Shown here piece by piece: positions 9,561 through 19,207 of a DNA stretch of 64,000 bases. The translations under genes were made by a program, and so were the position numbers. The notes under the pieces were generated by a model, which saw only the letters and a program-made list of their open reading frames with translations, was not told the origin of the DNA and did no database searches. Every line of letters begins with the position of its first letter. The first letter of the stretch is position 1. Origin of the DNA: an uncultured delta proteobacterium (GTDB lineage Bacteria; Myxococcota_A; Polyangia; Polyangiales; JAFGIB01); contig CAVZVA010000011.1 in NCBI GenBank assembly GCA_963778655.1, positions 565,365 to 629,364 of the forward strand, written 5' to 3'.

Positions 9561-10049
9561 CGTCCTTCGCGACAGATGGCGAGCGCGAACGTCCCTTCTC
9601 TAGGGGTACGCACGAACCGAGCCGGCGCCACGCCCATCGCTAAGAAAGGGCCGGCCGCATCAGCTGCGACGCCAGGTAGGCACGAGCGATCGCGGCATGG
9701 CCAATGGGCCACACCGGAGCGAAAGTGGTGCGCACGTTCGACGCGGATCTCTCCATCGATCTGACGCACGCGTGCCATCAATCTGATGGCCTGGCCGTTC
9801 GCCCTGGTCCGGTGATGCGCCCAGAGCGCCAAGAACCGTCAGCACCAGGGCCACTGCTCACGTCGCTCTTCTCAGGCCTAAGACGAGCCATGCCCGGTCG
9901 GCCGAGCGCACGGCACACTATTTGCACCGCAGCCATCTCGACTAGCAAGAAAGCGGGATATCGATGATGGGCTCATGGGGGTTGTTGTGGATGGTCTTCA
10001 TGCTTGTGCTTCTGGTGCCTTCGCTCGGCTACGGTTGGGGTACACCGTG

Positions 10050-10235
10050 AGCACCACCGATGGCGACATAGGAAGCGTGGCGAACTTCCTCCTGGCCGAT
10101 GAGCACTGGACCATCCGGTATCTACTTGCCGAGACTCGTCGATGACGAGACCTGGTGAATACGCTATCTGGTGATCGACACGAGCAATTGGTGCTTTGGC
10201 AAGAAGGTTCTCGTTGCTCCCCACTGGGCAAGCCG
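10050..10235 (+). pseudogene. PRC-barrel protein remnants
   Basis: TDGDIGSVANFLLADEHWTIRYLL and [23 protein letters not shown] as broken pieces. Confidence 0.6.
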
Positions 10236-10292
10236 CGTCCTCTAGCTGGTCGCGCGGGATTGCCGTACATTCCGCCGCTTGTGCCTAATCTC

Positions 10293-11420
10293 ATGACGAA
10301 GCGTTCGAACACTGGCCTCCTGGGCCGTCTGTCTTTCCTGGATCGCTACTTGACCCTCTGGATCTTCGCCGCCATGGCGACGGGGATTGGACTTGGTTAC
10401 GTGGCTCCGGGTGTGGTGAACGCGCTCGATAAGCTGAGCGTCGGCACGACGAGCATCCCCATCGCCATCGGGCTCATTTTGATGATGTACCCGCCGCTCG
10501 CCAAGGTGCGCTATGAGGACTTGGGACAGGTGTTTCGCAACAAGCGGGTGCTTGCGCTGTCGCTGGTACAGAACTGGATCGTCGGGCCCGTGCTCATGTT
10601 CGGCCTGGCCATTTTGTTCTTGCGAGACAAACCCGAGTACATGCTCGGCCTCATCCTCATCGGCCTCGCGCGCTGCATCGCCATGGTCATCGTGTGGAAC
10701 GACCTGGCCAAGGGGGACCGCGAGTATTGCGCGGGCCTGGTCGCGTTCAACTCCATCTTTCAGGTGCTCTTCTTCTCGGTGTATGCGTATTTCTTTGCCA
10801 CGCTCTTGCCACGTTGGCTGGGCCTCGAAGGCGCGGTGGTCGACATCACCGTCGGCGAGATTGCGCAGAGCGTTGCCATCTACCTCGGCATCCCCTTTGC
10901 AGCGGGCTTCTTCACGCGGCGATGGTTGGTCGGCGCGAAAGGCCGCGACTGGTACGAGACGAAATTCGCCCCGCGTATTGGGCCGATCACATTGGTCTCG
11001 TTGCTGTTTACCATCGTGGTGATGTTCTCTCTCAAGGGCGAAGCCATTGTCGAGCTGCCACTCGACGTGCTGCGCATTGCGATGCCGCTGCTGGTCTATT
11101 TCGTGGTGATGTTCATGCTCTCGTTCTTCATGAGCAAACGGGTTGGAGCCAACTACGCGCAGTCCGCAACGCTGTCGTTTACCGCGGCCTCGAACAACTT
11201 CGAGCTCGCCATCGCCGTCGCCATCGCAAGTTTTGGCATTCACAGCGGCGCCGCTTTTGCCGCGGTCATCGGCCCGCTTGTCGAAGTTCCCGCGCTTATC
11301 GGATTGGTCAATGTCGCGCTGTGGTTGGGCAAAAAGTACTATCCGAACGATTTCGCGACAGGATCGTTCCCGGAGAACATGAGCGGGCGCGACGACGTGG
11401 GCGCGAGTCGGTCGCGCTAA
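10293..11420 (+). CDS. acr3: ACR3 family arsenite efflux transporter
   Basis: [49 protein letters not shown]. Confidence 0.95.
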   Translation: MTKRSNTGLLGRLSFLDRYLTLWIFAAMATGIGLGYVAPGVVNALDKLSVGTTSIPIAIGLILMMYPPLAKVRYEDLGQVFRNKRVLALSLVQNWIVGPVLMFGLAILFLRDKPEYMLGLILIGLARCIAMVIVWNDLAKGDREYCAGLVAFNSIFQVLFFSVYAYFFATLLPRWLGLEGAVVDITVGEIAQSVAIYLGIPFAAGFFTRRWLVGAKGRDWYETKFAPRIGPITLVSLLFTIVVMFSLKGEAIVELPLDVLRIAMPLLVYFVVMFMLSFFMSKRVGANYAQSATLSFTAASNNFELAIAVAIASFGIHSGAAFAAVIGPLVEVPALIGLVNVALWLGKKYYPNDFATGSFPENMSGRDDVGASRSR

Positions 11421-11798
11421 TCGGCGGTGCCAAAGGCCCGCGGAGCGGAAATGCGGCGATCAGGGCGCGGCCAGATCTCGGATTGCGGACTCGTGAGGCC
11501 GCAGCATGGCCTTCGACGCCGGCTTGTGGTCGGGCGGACTAAGCGGTGCCGAGCCGCAGCTGCGGTTTGACGAACGTGGGCGCTGTGACGAACAGCCGGT
11601 AGCTTGGCTCGCAGCTGGCAGCTGCCGTATCGGCGGACGAGGCTTCGGGCGAGCTGCCGGCTGCAAGGCAAGCGCGCGCGGGTGATGCGGAAGACCATCG
11701 GACCGCACCAAGCGCGCCAATAGTCGCCAATGAACCACCAAGGACCCGCGACCGCGGCGCGTGGTACCAACGTCCTACGTTTCGAACGGAGTAGGACC

Positions 11799-12995
11799 AT
11801 GCAAACGGCTCTGATGACGATGTCGATGCGGGCGGCTCAGATCAAAGGGCCGAGCGCATTGCGGATGGCACTCGGTGTACTCGCCTGCTGCGCCTGCAAC
11901 AACGCACCCGCCGGTGCATCGGACAGCACGTCGAATCAGGCCACGACTAACCAGCCCGCGACTGGAGCCGGCGCGTCCGGGTCGGACGGCATGTCGGGCT
12001 TGGGAAGCGGCGGCGCGAACGCCATGGGTGCGGCCGCGAATCCGGGCAATTCGGCCGCAACAGGAAGCGGCGGGACGGCCTCGGCGTCAGCGGGCGCGCC
12101 GGCGCCCAACGGGAACGGCGGAGCGGGCAATGGCAGTGGCGGTATGCCGGGAGCAGGCGGCACAAACGCGGGGGAAGATGGAGGGGCGACCGCGCCAACT
12201 CAGTCGATACCCACGCCCGTGACGGCACCGTACGTGTGGGGCGTAGGGATCGGCGTCACCGACGTGCCAGCTGCCGTGAAGTTCTATACCGAAGTCATGA
12301 AGATGACCGTAGAGCAGCAAGACGTCAGGCGCGAAGATCGAACCGAGACGGTATTGGTCGCTTCCGAAGCGAAGCGCGGGTCGCGGGTCGTGCTGATGAG
12401 CTTCGACGACAAACGTAATACTCGGAACATCACAGCCAAGCTCGTATGGCAAGCTCCGGATCCGACCGGAGTCTCTCTGGCGGCTGCTAATTATCCCGAC
12501 TATGTGAGCCGTTTGGCAGGTCTCATCGTTCAGTTCGATGGTCCTGAAACCTATATTCAAGAGGTCGGAAACGCATTCGATTCTGGAGGCGCGAATATTA
12601 CCGTGCCCTATTTGATCGCCCTGGGCATGAGCGTAAGCGATCAAGCGGCATCGATAGACTTCTACGACACGGCCTTTGGAATGACAGGCTCGCCTACGGG
12701 GACGTTTCCGCTAACGGATGCAACCGGCGCGGCGACTGTCACGGAGTACACGGTGCAGTATTCAACGCAGGGCGGGTCAGCCATCGTTCTTCAGTCTTGG
12801 ACACCGCCACGCAACTCCAAAGACAACCCGATCAAGATCGTCCTGTTCGTCCCGGACGCACAAGCAGCCGCTGACAAGGTCGTTGCGGCGGGCGGCACGA
12901 TCGTCAGGCCGGCCGAGCGCACCCCGGTCTACGAAAACAGAAAGCTCATCGTGGCCAAAGATCTCGACGGGTACCAACTCGAGCTCGTGGAGTAG
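11799..12995 (+). CDS. Lipoprotein with Gly/Ala/Ser-rich linker and tandem VOC (glyoxalase) domains
   Basis: LACCAC lipobox; GIGVTDVPAAVKFYTEV; KDLDGYQLELVE; atypical codon usage. Confidence 0.8.
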   Translation: MQTALMTMSMRAAQIKGPSALRMALGVLACCACNNAPAGASDSTSNQATTNQPATGAGASGSDGMSGLGSGGANAMGAAANPGNSAATGSGGTASASAGAPAPNGNGGAGNGSGGMPGAGGTNAGEDGGATAPTQSIPTPVTAPYVWGVGIGVTDVPAAVKFYTEVMKMTVEQQDVRREDRTETVLVASEAKRGSRVVLMSFDDKRNTRNITAKLVWQAPDPTGVSLAAANYPDYVSRLAGLIVQFDGPETYIQEVGNAFDSGGANITVPYLIALGMSVSDQAASIDFYDTAFGMTGSPTGTFPLTDATGAATVTEYTVQYSTQGGSAIVLQSWTPPRNSKDNPIKIVLFVPDAQAAADKVVAAGGTIVRPAERTPVYENRKLIVAKDLDGYQLELVE

Positions 12996-12999
12996 GACC

Positions 13000-13236
13000 G
13001 TCGCGCTGCGGGTCACGCGCCGCCACCTGGTTCTGGCCAGCGCGTTCTCGGGCTTCTCCACCGTGATGCCGTGGGTGCGCGACAGCTTCCAGGGCTCGCG
13101 CTTCGACCACGGCTACCACGAGCTGTACCCCAGCTTCCGCCGACTCGACTCGGGCAAGGCGGTGGTCCGCGCCCACAAAAGCCCGCCGGCCCGCGCGCAC
13201 GTTCCGCCGGAAGCGGAGTCGACGGCAGCCGCATAG
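13000..13236 (+). pseudogene. Orphan 3' gene segment at the island edge
   Basis: Strong GC3 codon bias in frame VALRVTRRHLV..HELYPSFRR, no start of its own. Confidence 0.45.
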
Positions 13237-13252
13237 CGCGTCGCCCGCGGCT

Positions 13253-14674
13253 TCAGCGCGTCGCCGCGGCGGGGCTGCGCGCGTACAGGTACCAGCCGAT
13301 CCCGGCCAGCAGCGAGCAGGGCAGCGCGAGCTGCTGATCGTAACGAACGCCGCGCACCAGCACCGAGCGCGCCGGGACGTCCAGCTGCCCCGCGACGCGG
13401 TGCAACACCAGCCACTCGCTGCCGGCCGGCGGCAGCGTGCGGGCGCCGAGGTACACGACGCGAAAACCCTGGGGTTGCAGGCGCGCGTAGTGCGCGATCA
13501 GCACGCGGTTGCGGAAGTCGTGGTCCGAGGTGACCGTGATCGGCCCGGGCGGGCTGTGCGCCACGATGAAGTCGAGCGCCTCGCGGTAGCGGCCGCGGCC
13601 GAGCCGGATCAGATCGAGGTCGCCCAGCAGATTCAAGCTCACGGCGATCGCGAGCAAGGCGGCGGCGGCGAGCCTGGGCGCGCCACCTCGCTGCAGCCAC
13701 GCGCCGGCGGCCGTGCCCAGCAGCAGCAGCAGAAAGGTCGCGCTGACCAGCAGATAGCGGGGCGCGGCGTGCTTGATGTGCATCGCCACCAGCGCGAGCA
13801 CGGGCAGCAGCAGCGCCGCGGCGAACAGCACCGCGCGCGGGTCGCGGGCGCGCCACAGCCGGTAGAGCGCGAGCGCGCCGGCCGCCGCGCACACCGCCGC
13901 CGCCAGCCCGCGGCCCGAGGCGTCCGCGACGCCCAGGGTCCAGGCCGCGGTGGTCGCCAGGGTGGCGCCGAGTCCGGCTTCGGCGCCGCCTCCGACGTGC
14001 ATCACTCGAGCGAACAGCAGGTAATGGGCGCCGAGACACAGCACGGGCACCGCGTGCAGCCAGAGCGCCTCGCGCAGCAAGCGGCCAGGCGAGCTGGACC
14101 GCATGCGCGCAGCCAGCCAGTAGCAGGCGATCGCGGCGTAGGCGGTCGCGGCCGACAGGTGCGCGAGCACGGCCAGCACGGTGCAGAGCCAGAACGCGGC
14201 GGCCAGGCCGACCCCGCGCGGGCCGACCAGCCAGCGCTCGAGGATCAGCAGCGAGCACAGCGCAAAGAAGATCGAAAGCGCGTAGCCGCGCGCCTCGGAG
14301 GAGCGCGCCACCAGCGTCATCGAGCTCGCGAACAACAGCAGCGTGCAGAGCCGAGCCGCACGACTGCTGCGCGGCGCCAGGGCAGCCGCGACCGCGACCG
14401 TGCCCACGCCCGAGAGCACGCTGGGCAGGCGGTACCAGAAGTCGGGCCGCTGCTGCCCGACCCAAACCATGAACAGCGTGTTGAGCAGGTGGTTGTTGTC
14501 GTGCTTGACCGCGTAGACGCCGCGCATGCCCGTCAGGCGCGAGGCGATGTCCAGCGACCAGATCTCGTCGAGCCACAGGTCGCAGCGGGCAGCCAGCAGC
14601 CGGAGGGCGGCGCCGGCAACCAAGATCAGGCCGACGCCGAGCGGCCAGCTGGCGCGGTGCAGCGACGCGGCCAT
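13253..14674 (-). CDS. GT-C fold membrane glycosyltransferase (GT39/PMT-like)
   Basis: DLWLDEIWS, HDNNHLLNT, RLPSVLSG, SEARGYAL, multiple TM segments. Confidence 0.8.
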   Translation of the reverse strand: MAASLHRASWPLGVGLILVAGAALRLLAARCDLWLDEIWSLDIASRLTGMRGVYAVKHDNNHLLNTLFMVWVGQQRPDFWYRLPSVLSGVGTVAVAAALAPRSSRAARLCTLLLFASSMTLVARSSEARGYALSIFFALCSLLILERWLVGPRGVGLAAAFWLCTVLAVLAHLSAATAYAAIACYWLAARMRSSSPGRLLREALWLHAVPVLCLGAHYLLFARVMHVGGGAEAGLGATLATTAAWTLGVADASGRGLAAAVCAAAGALALYRLWRARDPRAVLFAAALLLPVLALVAMHIKHAAPRYLLVSATFLLLLLGTAAGAWLQRGGAPRLAAAALLAIAVSLNLLGDLDLIRLGRGRYREALDFIVAHSPPGPITVTSDHDFRNRVLIAHYARLQPQGFRVVYLGARTLPPAGSEWLVLHRVAGQLDVPARSVLVRGVRYDQQLALPCSLLAGIGWYLYARSPAAATR

Positions 14675-14835
14675 GCCGGATCTCGCCGTGACCGGCCGTT
14701 CGAGCACACGTAAGCATCTACGTGGCCACAGCTGGGGTCAAGCTCACGGGGCGGGCAGCTCGCGCGCACACATGTCGGCAGCGCCGCCTTGCCGCAACGG
14801 TGACGGCCGCGAGCGCGCTGCGGTATCCTGCGTCC

Positions 14836-16029
14836 GTGAAGCTGACGATCGTGATCCCGGTGCTCGACGAGGAAGCCTCGGTCGCGCGCGTGGCGCAGGA
14901 CTGCCTGGCGGCGCGCGCGGAGATCGTCTCGGCCACGTCGGTCGAGCAGGTGTTCGTGGTGGTCGTCTCCGACGGTTCGACCGACCGCAGCGCCGAGATC
15001 GCGCGCTCGATCGAGGGCGTGACCACGATCGAGCTCGAGCGCAACCAGGGCTACGGCGCAGCGATCCAGCGCGGCTGGCGCGAGCACGACGCGGAGCTGC
15101 TCGGCTTTCTGGACGGCGACGGCACCTGCAGCGCGCGCTTCTTCGTCGAGCTGATCCGCGCGCTCGAGCACGAGGACGCGGAGATCGCGCTCGGCAGCCG
15201 CCTCGGCACCGGCAGCAAGATGCCGAAGCTGCGCCGCGTCGGCAACGTCTTCTTCGCGGCACTGCTCGGGCTGCTGTCGCGGCAGCGCGTCACCGACAGC
15301 GCGAGCGGCATGCGGGTGGTCCGAAGGCGCGCGCTGCTCCGGCTCCTCCCCCTGCCCAGGGGCCTGCAGTTCACGCCCGCGATGAGCGCGCGCGCGCTGC
15401 TGGCCGGCGTCAAGCTGGTCGAGGTCCCGATGCCGTACGCCGAGCGCGAAGGGCAGTCCAAGCTCAGCGTGTTCCGCGACGGACTGCGTTTCCTCTCGGT
15501 GATCGTGTCCGCCGCCGCGCTGATCCGCCCCTCGCGCCTGACCTTACCGATCGTGCTCGGGCTGCTCCTGGCGTCGCTCGCGGTCGGCTTCATGCCACTT
15601 CGCTACTACCTCGCACACGGCGCCCTCGAGGAATGGATGGTGTACCGCTTCCTGCTGGTCTCGCTGCTGGCGGACGCCGGCGTCGCGCTGTTTTGCGCCA
15701 CGCTCGTGGTCGAGCACATGCTGGCGCTGGCCATGATGACGTATTCCGACTACGCGCGGCGGGTCCCGTGGTGGTGGAGCGAGCGCGGGCTGCGGCTCTA
15801 CATCGGTGCGGCGCTGGTGGGCTTCGCAATCGGCTGCTGGCTGATCGAGCCCGGCATCGTCAGCTACCTGACCACCGGCACGATCAGCTTCAAGACCATG
15901 CACTGGTCACGCGTGATCGTGGGAGCGTTTTCCGGCATGACCCTGCTGCAGCTGCTGACAGCGCTCGCGATCGTGCGTCTGCTCGACGCGACCGACCTGC
16001 GCCAGGCGCTGCTGCTGGCTGCCGAGTGA
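14836..16029 (+). CDS. GT2 polyprenol-phosphate glycosyltransferase with C-terminal TM helices
   Basis: IVIPVLDEE, SDGSTD, NQGYGAA, FLDGDG, DSASGMR, YAEREGQSKL. Confidence 0.9.
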   Translation: MKLTIVIPVLDEEASVARVAQDCLAARAEIVSATSVEQVFVVVVSDGSTDRSAEIARSIEGVTTIELERNQGYGAAIQRGWREHDAELLGFLDGDGTCSARFFVELIRALEHEDAEIALGSRLGTGSKMPKLRRVGNVFFAALLGLLSRQRVTDSASGMRVVRRRALLRLLPLPRGLQFTPAMSARALLAGVKLVEVPMPYAEREGQSKLSVFRDGLRFLSVIVSAAALIRPSRLTLPIVLGLLLASLAVGFMPLRYYLAHGALEEWMVYRFLLVSLLADAGVALFCATLVVEHMLALAMMTYSDYARRVPWWWSERGLRLYIGAALVGFAIGCWLIEPGIVSYLTTGTISFKTMHWSRVIVGAFSGMTLLQLLTALAIVRLLDATDLRQALLLAAE

Positions 16030-16032
16030 GCC

Positions 16033-16707
16033 ATGCAGAGCTGGGACCCGCAGGGCTATGACCGGCAGCTCGCCCAGGGCGTCGCGCTCTCGGGTGAAGA
16101 TGCGGACTACTTCGCGGCCGGCCGGGTCGCGGCGGTCAAGCGCCGGCTGGGCGACGCGGCGCCGCAGGTGTCCGCGATCTGCGAATTCGGCTGCGGTCTC
16201 GGGCGCAACCTGCGCCACCTCGGCGAGGCCTTTCCGCGCGCGCGCCTGGTCGGGCTGGACAGCAGCGCGGAGATGGTCGGCCAGGCGCGCCGCGCCGGCG
16301 TGGGAACGCGCGCCGTGTTCGAGCCCAGCGCGGAGTTTCGTGACACGGAGTGCTTCGACCTGGTGTTCATCAACGGAGTCATGCATCACGTGCCGCGCCC
16401 CGAGCGCGAGGCGGTGCTGCGCCGAGTGCACGCGCTGCTGCGCCCGGGCGGGCTGCTCGCGCTCTTCGACAACAACCCGCTGAACCCGGGCGCGATGTGG
16501 GTCATGAAGCGCATCCCCTTCGACCGCGACGCCGAGCCGGTGCTGGCCTGGACGCTGGCGCGTGTGGCGCGGCGGGCGGCCTTCCACGTGATCGGCATGG
16601 AAACGCACTTCTACTTTCCGCGCCTCCTGAGCCGGCTGCGGGTGCTCGAGCCGGGGCTCTCGTGGTTGCCGCTCGGCGCCCAGTACGTGCTCTATGCAAG
16701 GCGCTAG
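16033..16707 (+). CDS. Class I SAM-dependent methyltransferase
   Basis: EFGCGLG, FDLVFINGVMHH, LRPGG. Confidence 0.9.
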   Translation: MQSWDPQGYDRQLAQGVALSGEDADYFAAGRVAAVKRRLGDAAPQVSAICEFGCGLGRNLRHLGEAFPRARLVGLDSSAEMVGQARRAGVGTRAVFEPSAEFRDTECFDLVFINGVMHHVPRPEREAVLRRVHALLRPGGLLALFDNNPLNPGAMWVMKRIPFDRDAEPVLAWTLARVARRAAFHVIGMETHFYFPRLLSRLRVLEPGLSWLPLGAQYVLYARR

Positions 16708-18913
16708 CAGCGGCGACGATTCGCAGCCCGCGGCCGGGCACGCCTTCATCTGGCTCGCCTGGGCGACCACGTTCGCGCTCGGGGCGTACCTGCGCCTGAA
16801 CGACCTATCGGCCAGCATCGTCGGCCAGGAGGTGGCCAGCAACGGCCCGGACGCGGCCTACCACGCGCGGCGCATGCTGCAGACCTGGGCGCACTACCCG
16901 CACGTGCCGTCCTTCGACCCGCTGCTGAACTGGCCTCACGGCGCGGTGGCGCCGTGGCCGCCCGGCTTCGACTTCGCCGTGGCGAGCCTGGCCCTGCTCG
17001 CGCGTGATCGCTTCGGCGCGCAGGTCGTGATCGCGCTGGCGCCGGTCCTGCTCGGCCTGGCGTTGATCGCGCTGGTCGGCGCCGCCACGCGAGCGCTCGC
17101 GCCCCGAGCGCCGTGGTGGACGAGCTGGATCGCGGCGAGCCTGGTGGCGATCCTTCCTCAGGCCGTTTCGGTCGCGCGCTTCGGCAACCCCGATCACCAC
17201 GTCGCCGAGGCGCTGATCCTGCCTGCGCTGGCGCTATGGTCGCTGCGCGCATACAACGCGCTCGATGCCAATGCGTTCGGCCGAAACGAACGCCTCGTGC
17301 TCGAGCTCGGCGGCGCGGTGCTGGTCGCGGGCTCGGTCGCGACCTTCACCGGCGCCCCAATCTACGTCTACATCGCCGCGGCGATGCTCGCGCTCGGCGA
17401 GCTGCGCCGCGGGCACGGCACGCCGGCGCGCTTCGCGCTCGGGGTGCCCGCGCTACTGCTGGGCGCGGCCGGCGCGGCGCTGGTCTATCGACCGCTGGTC
17501 CAGGCCGACGGGATCGCGCTCAGCTACGCCTATCCCTCGTATCTGCAGCCGCTGCTGGTCTTGTGCGCGGCGGGCGGCCTGCTGCTCGCCTCGGCGCTCG
17601 GCGCGCTCTCGACCGGGCACCAAGCGCGCAGCTCGCTCAAGCGCGCAGGCGTGCTGCTGGGATGCGCGGCGCTGGCCCTCGCGCTGTGGGCGCGCGCGCC
17701 GCTTGCGGAGCTGGTGCGCGGCCTGCACGAGTGGTTTGCCGACAGCGGCAGCCCACTGGCCGCGCTCACCGAGAACAAGCCGCTGTTCTCACACCTGGAC
17801 GGGCACGCGAGCCACTTCGCCCGCGCCTATCTGTACTACGGCGTGCTCGGCCCGTTGCTGCCCGTGCTGGTGCTTGCGGGCCTGGCGCTGCACGTGCGGC
17901 GCCATGGCCTACGCCAGGCCCTTCCCTTCGTGGTGTGGTCGCTGGCGATCACCGCGCTGATGCTGCTGCAGAACCGCTTCGGACGGGTCGGCCTGGTCAA
18001 CCTCGCGATCTGCACCGCGTTCACGCTCCAAGCCGCGGCCGAGCGCGCGGGTCGCGTTCGCGCGCTGATCGTGCTGGCGCCCGCGCTCGTGCTGATCGCC
18101 GACCCGGCGTTCCACTTCTACCTGTGGCCCGTGAGCCCCATGCCCCTGCCCGACATGCAGGAAGCGGGCGTCTTCCTGCGCGAGCACACACCGCCGCCCG
18201 TCCCCGGCAAGCGCGCGGGCGTGCTCGTGCCCTGGGGCGAGGCGCACTTTGTGGTGCGCTACGGCGAGCGCCCCGTCACCGCCACGGGCTTCGGCATCTA
18301 CGTCGCACCGGATGCGGTCGAAGAGGTGCATCAGATCTGGGCGCACGATGAGGAGCGACTGCTGCGCTTCGCGCGGGCGCGCGACCTCGGCTTCGTCGCG
18401 GTCAGCGCAGCCACCTACACCGGTCGCACCCTGCACGGCAAGGGACCGTGGCAAGCGCAGGGCGGCTGGAACCAGCAATACTTGCGCCAGGTACCGCTCG
18501 CCACGCTGCTGTTCGCCGGCTCCGGCATCGCCGGCGCAGGCGTGCCCCACCTGCGCCACCTGATGCCTCGCTTCGCGAGCACCATGCCGCCCGCGGGGCT
18601 GCCGTCGTTTCTTCCCGGCGTGTGGGTGTACGAGATCGTCGCGGGCGCGCGCATTGCGGGGCGCGCACCGCCCGGCGCGCTGATCCGCGTGCAGACGCCG
18701 CTGTGGTTACGCGGCCGCGGCGCGATGCACGAGGCCTGGACCCGGGCGAACGCGGACGGGGCGTTCAGCCTGGTCACGCCGCTGCCTACGGGCTACCGCG
18801 GCCAGTCATTCGAGACCGCACCGGCCGCGCTGCTGCACGTGGGCGCGGCCGAGCAGCGCATCGCGGTGCCGGAAGCGGCGGTGCGGCGAGGGCAGACGAT
18901 CGTGGCGCCCTGA
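16694..18913 (+). CDS. STT3/AglB-like oligosaccharyltransferase
   Basis: GPDAAYHARR, FDPLLNWPHG..WPPGFD, GNPDHHVAE, QNRF, AglB-like C-terminal VYEIVAGARIAG..ANADGAFSL. Confidence 0.8.
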   Translation: MQGASSGDDSQPAAGHAFIWLAWATTFALGAYLRLNDLSASIVGQEVASNGPDAAYHARRMLQTWAHYPHVPSFDPLLNWPHGAVAPWPPGFDFAVASLALLARDRFGAQVVIALAPVLLGLALIALVGAATRALAPRAPWWTSWIAASLVAILPQAVSVARFGNPDHHVAEALILPALALWSLRAYNALDANAFGRNERLVLELGGAVLVAGSVATFTGAPIYVYIAAAMLALGELRRGHGTPARFALGVPALLLGAAGAALVYRPLVQADGIALSYAYPSYLQPLLVLCAAGGLLLASALGALSTGHQARSSLKRAGVLLGCAALALALWARAPLAELVRGLHEWFADSGSPLAALTENKPLFSHLDGHASHFARAYLYYGVLGPLLPVLVLAGLALHVRRHGLRQALPFVVWSLAITALMLLQNRFGRVGLVNLAICTAFTLQAAAERAGRVRALIVLAPALVLIADPAFHFYLWPVSPMPLPDMQEAGVFLREHTPPPVPGKRAGVLVPWGEAHFVVRYGERPVTATGFGIYVAPDAVEEVHQIWAHDEERLLRFARARDLGFVAVSAATYTGRTLHGKGPWQAQGGWNQQYLRQVPLATLLFAGSGIAGAGVPHLRHLMPRFASTMPPAGLPSFLPGVWVYEIVAGARIAGRAPPGALIRVQTPLWLRGRGAMHEAWTRANADGAFSLVTPLPTGYRGQSFETAPAALLHVGAAEQRIAVPEAAVRRGQTIVAP

Positions 18914-19207
18914 GCGCGCGGCCGCGCGCCGCCGAGCACGGCGCTCATGCGAGGCGCAGCGCGCGAAAGGCCGCGCCCGAGCCCGCGTTCAGGTACAGCG
19001 AGCAGGCGTACGCAACCTGCGCCAACTGACGAGCGAGTCGCAGCGGCGCGCTCGGCTCAGCCCCGGGCGCGCCGCCGCCGCTTCGGGAATCGCCGGCCCG
19101 AGCGCGCCCGGGCAGGCTCGCCGCGTTGGTGTTGCCGGCGGCGCGCGCGCGTGTATGTCCTAGCGCGGATAGGCGGGCCAAGGTTGGCGTCTCATTCTCG
19201 ACGCGGC

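Larger units (their letters stand above)
5259..12999. mobile_element. Degenerate tRNA-Ala-associated genomic island
   Basis: Starts at the tRNA 3' end; visibly more A/T-rich than flanks; several gene fragments and an IS-like remnant; no integrase or attR found. Confidence 0.6.

Noticed and set aside
9560..9960. Short ORFs in the island, also 11420-11730
   Set aside because: No recognisable motifs; probably decayed sequence
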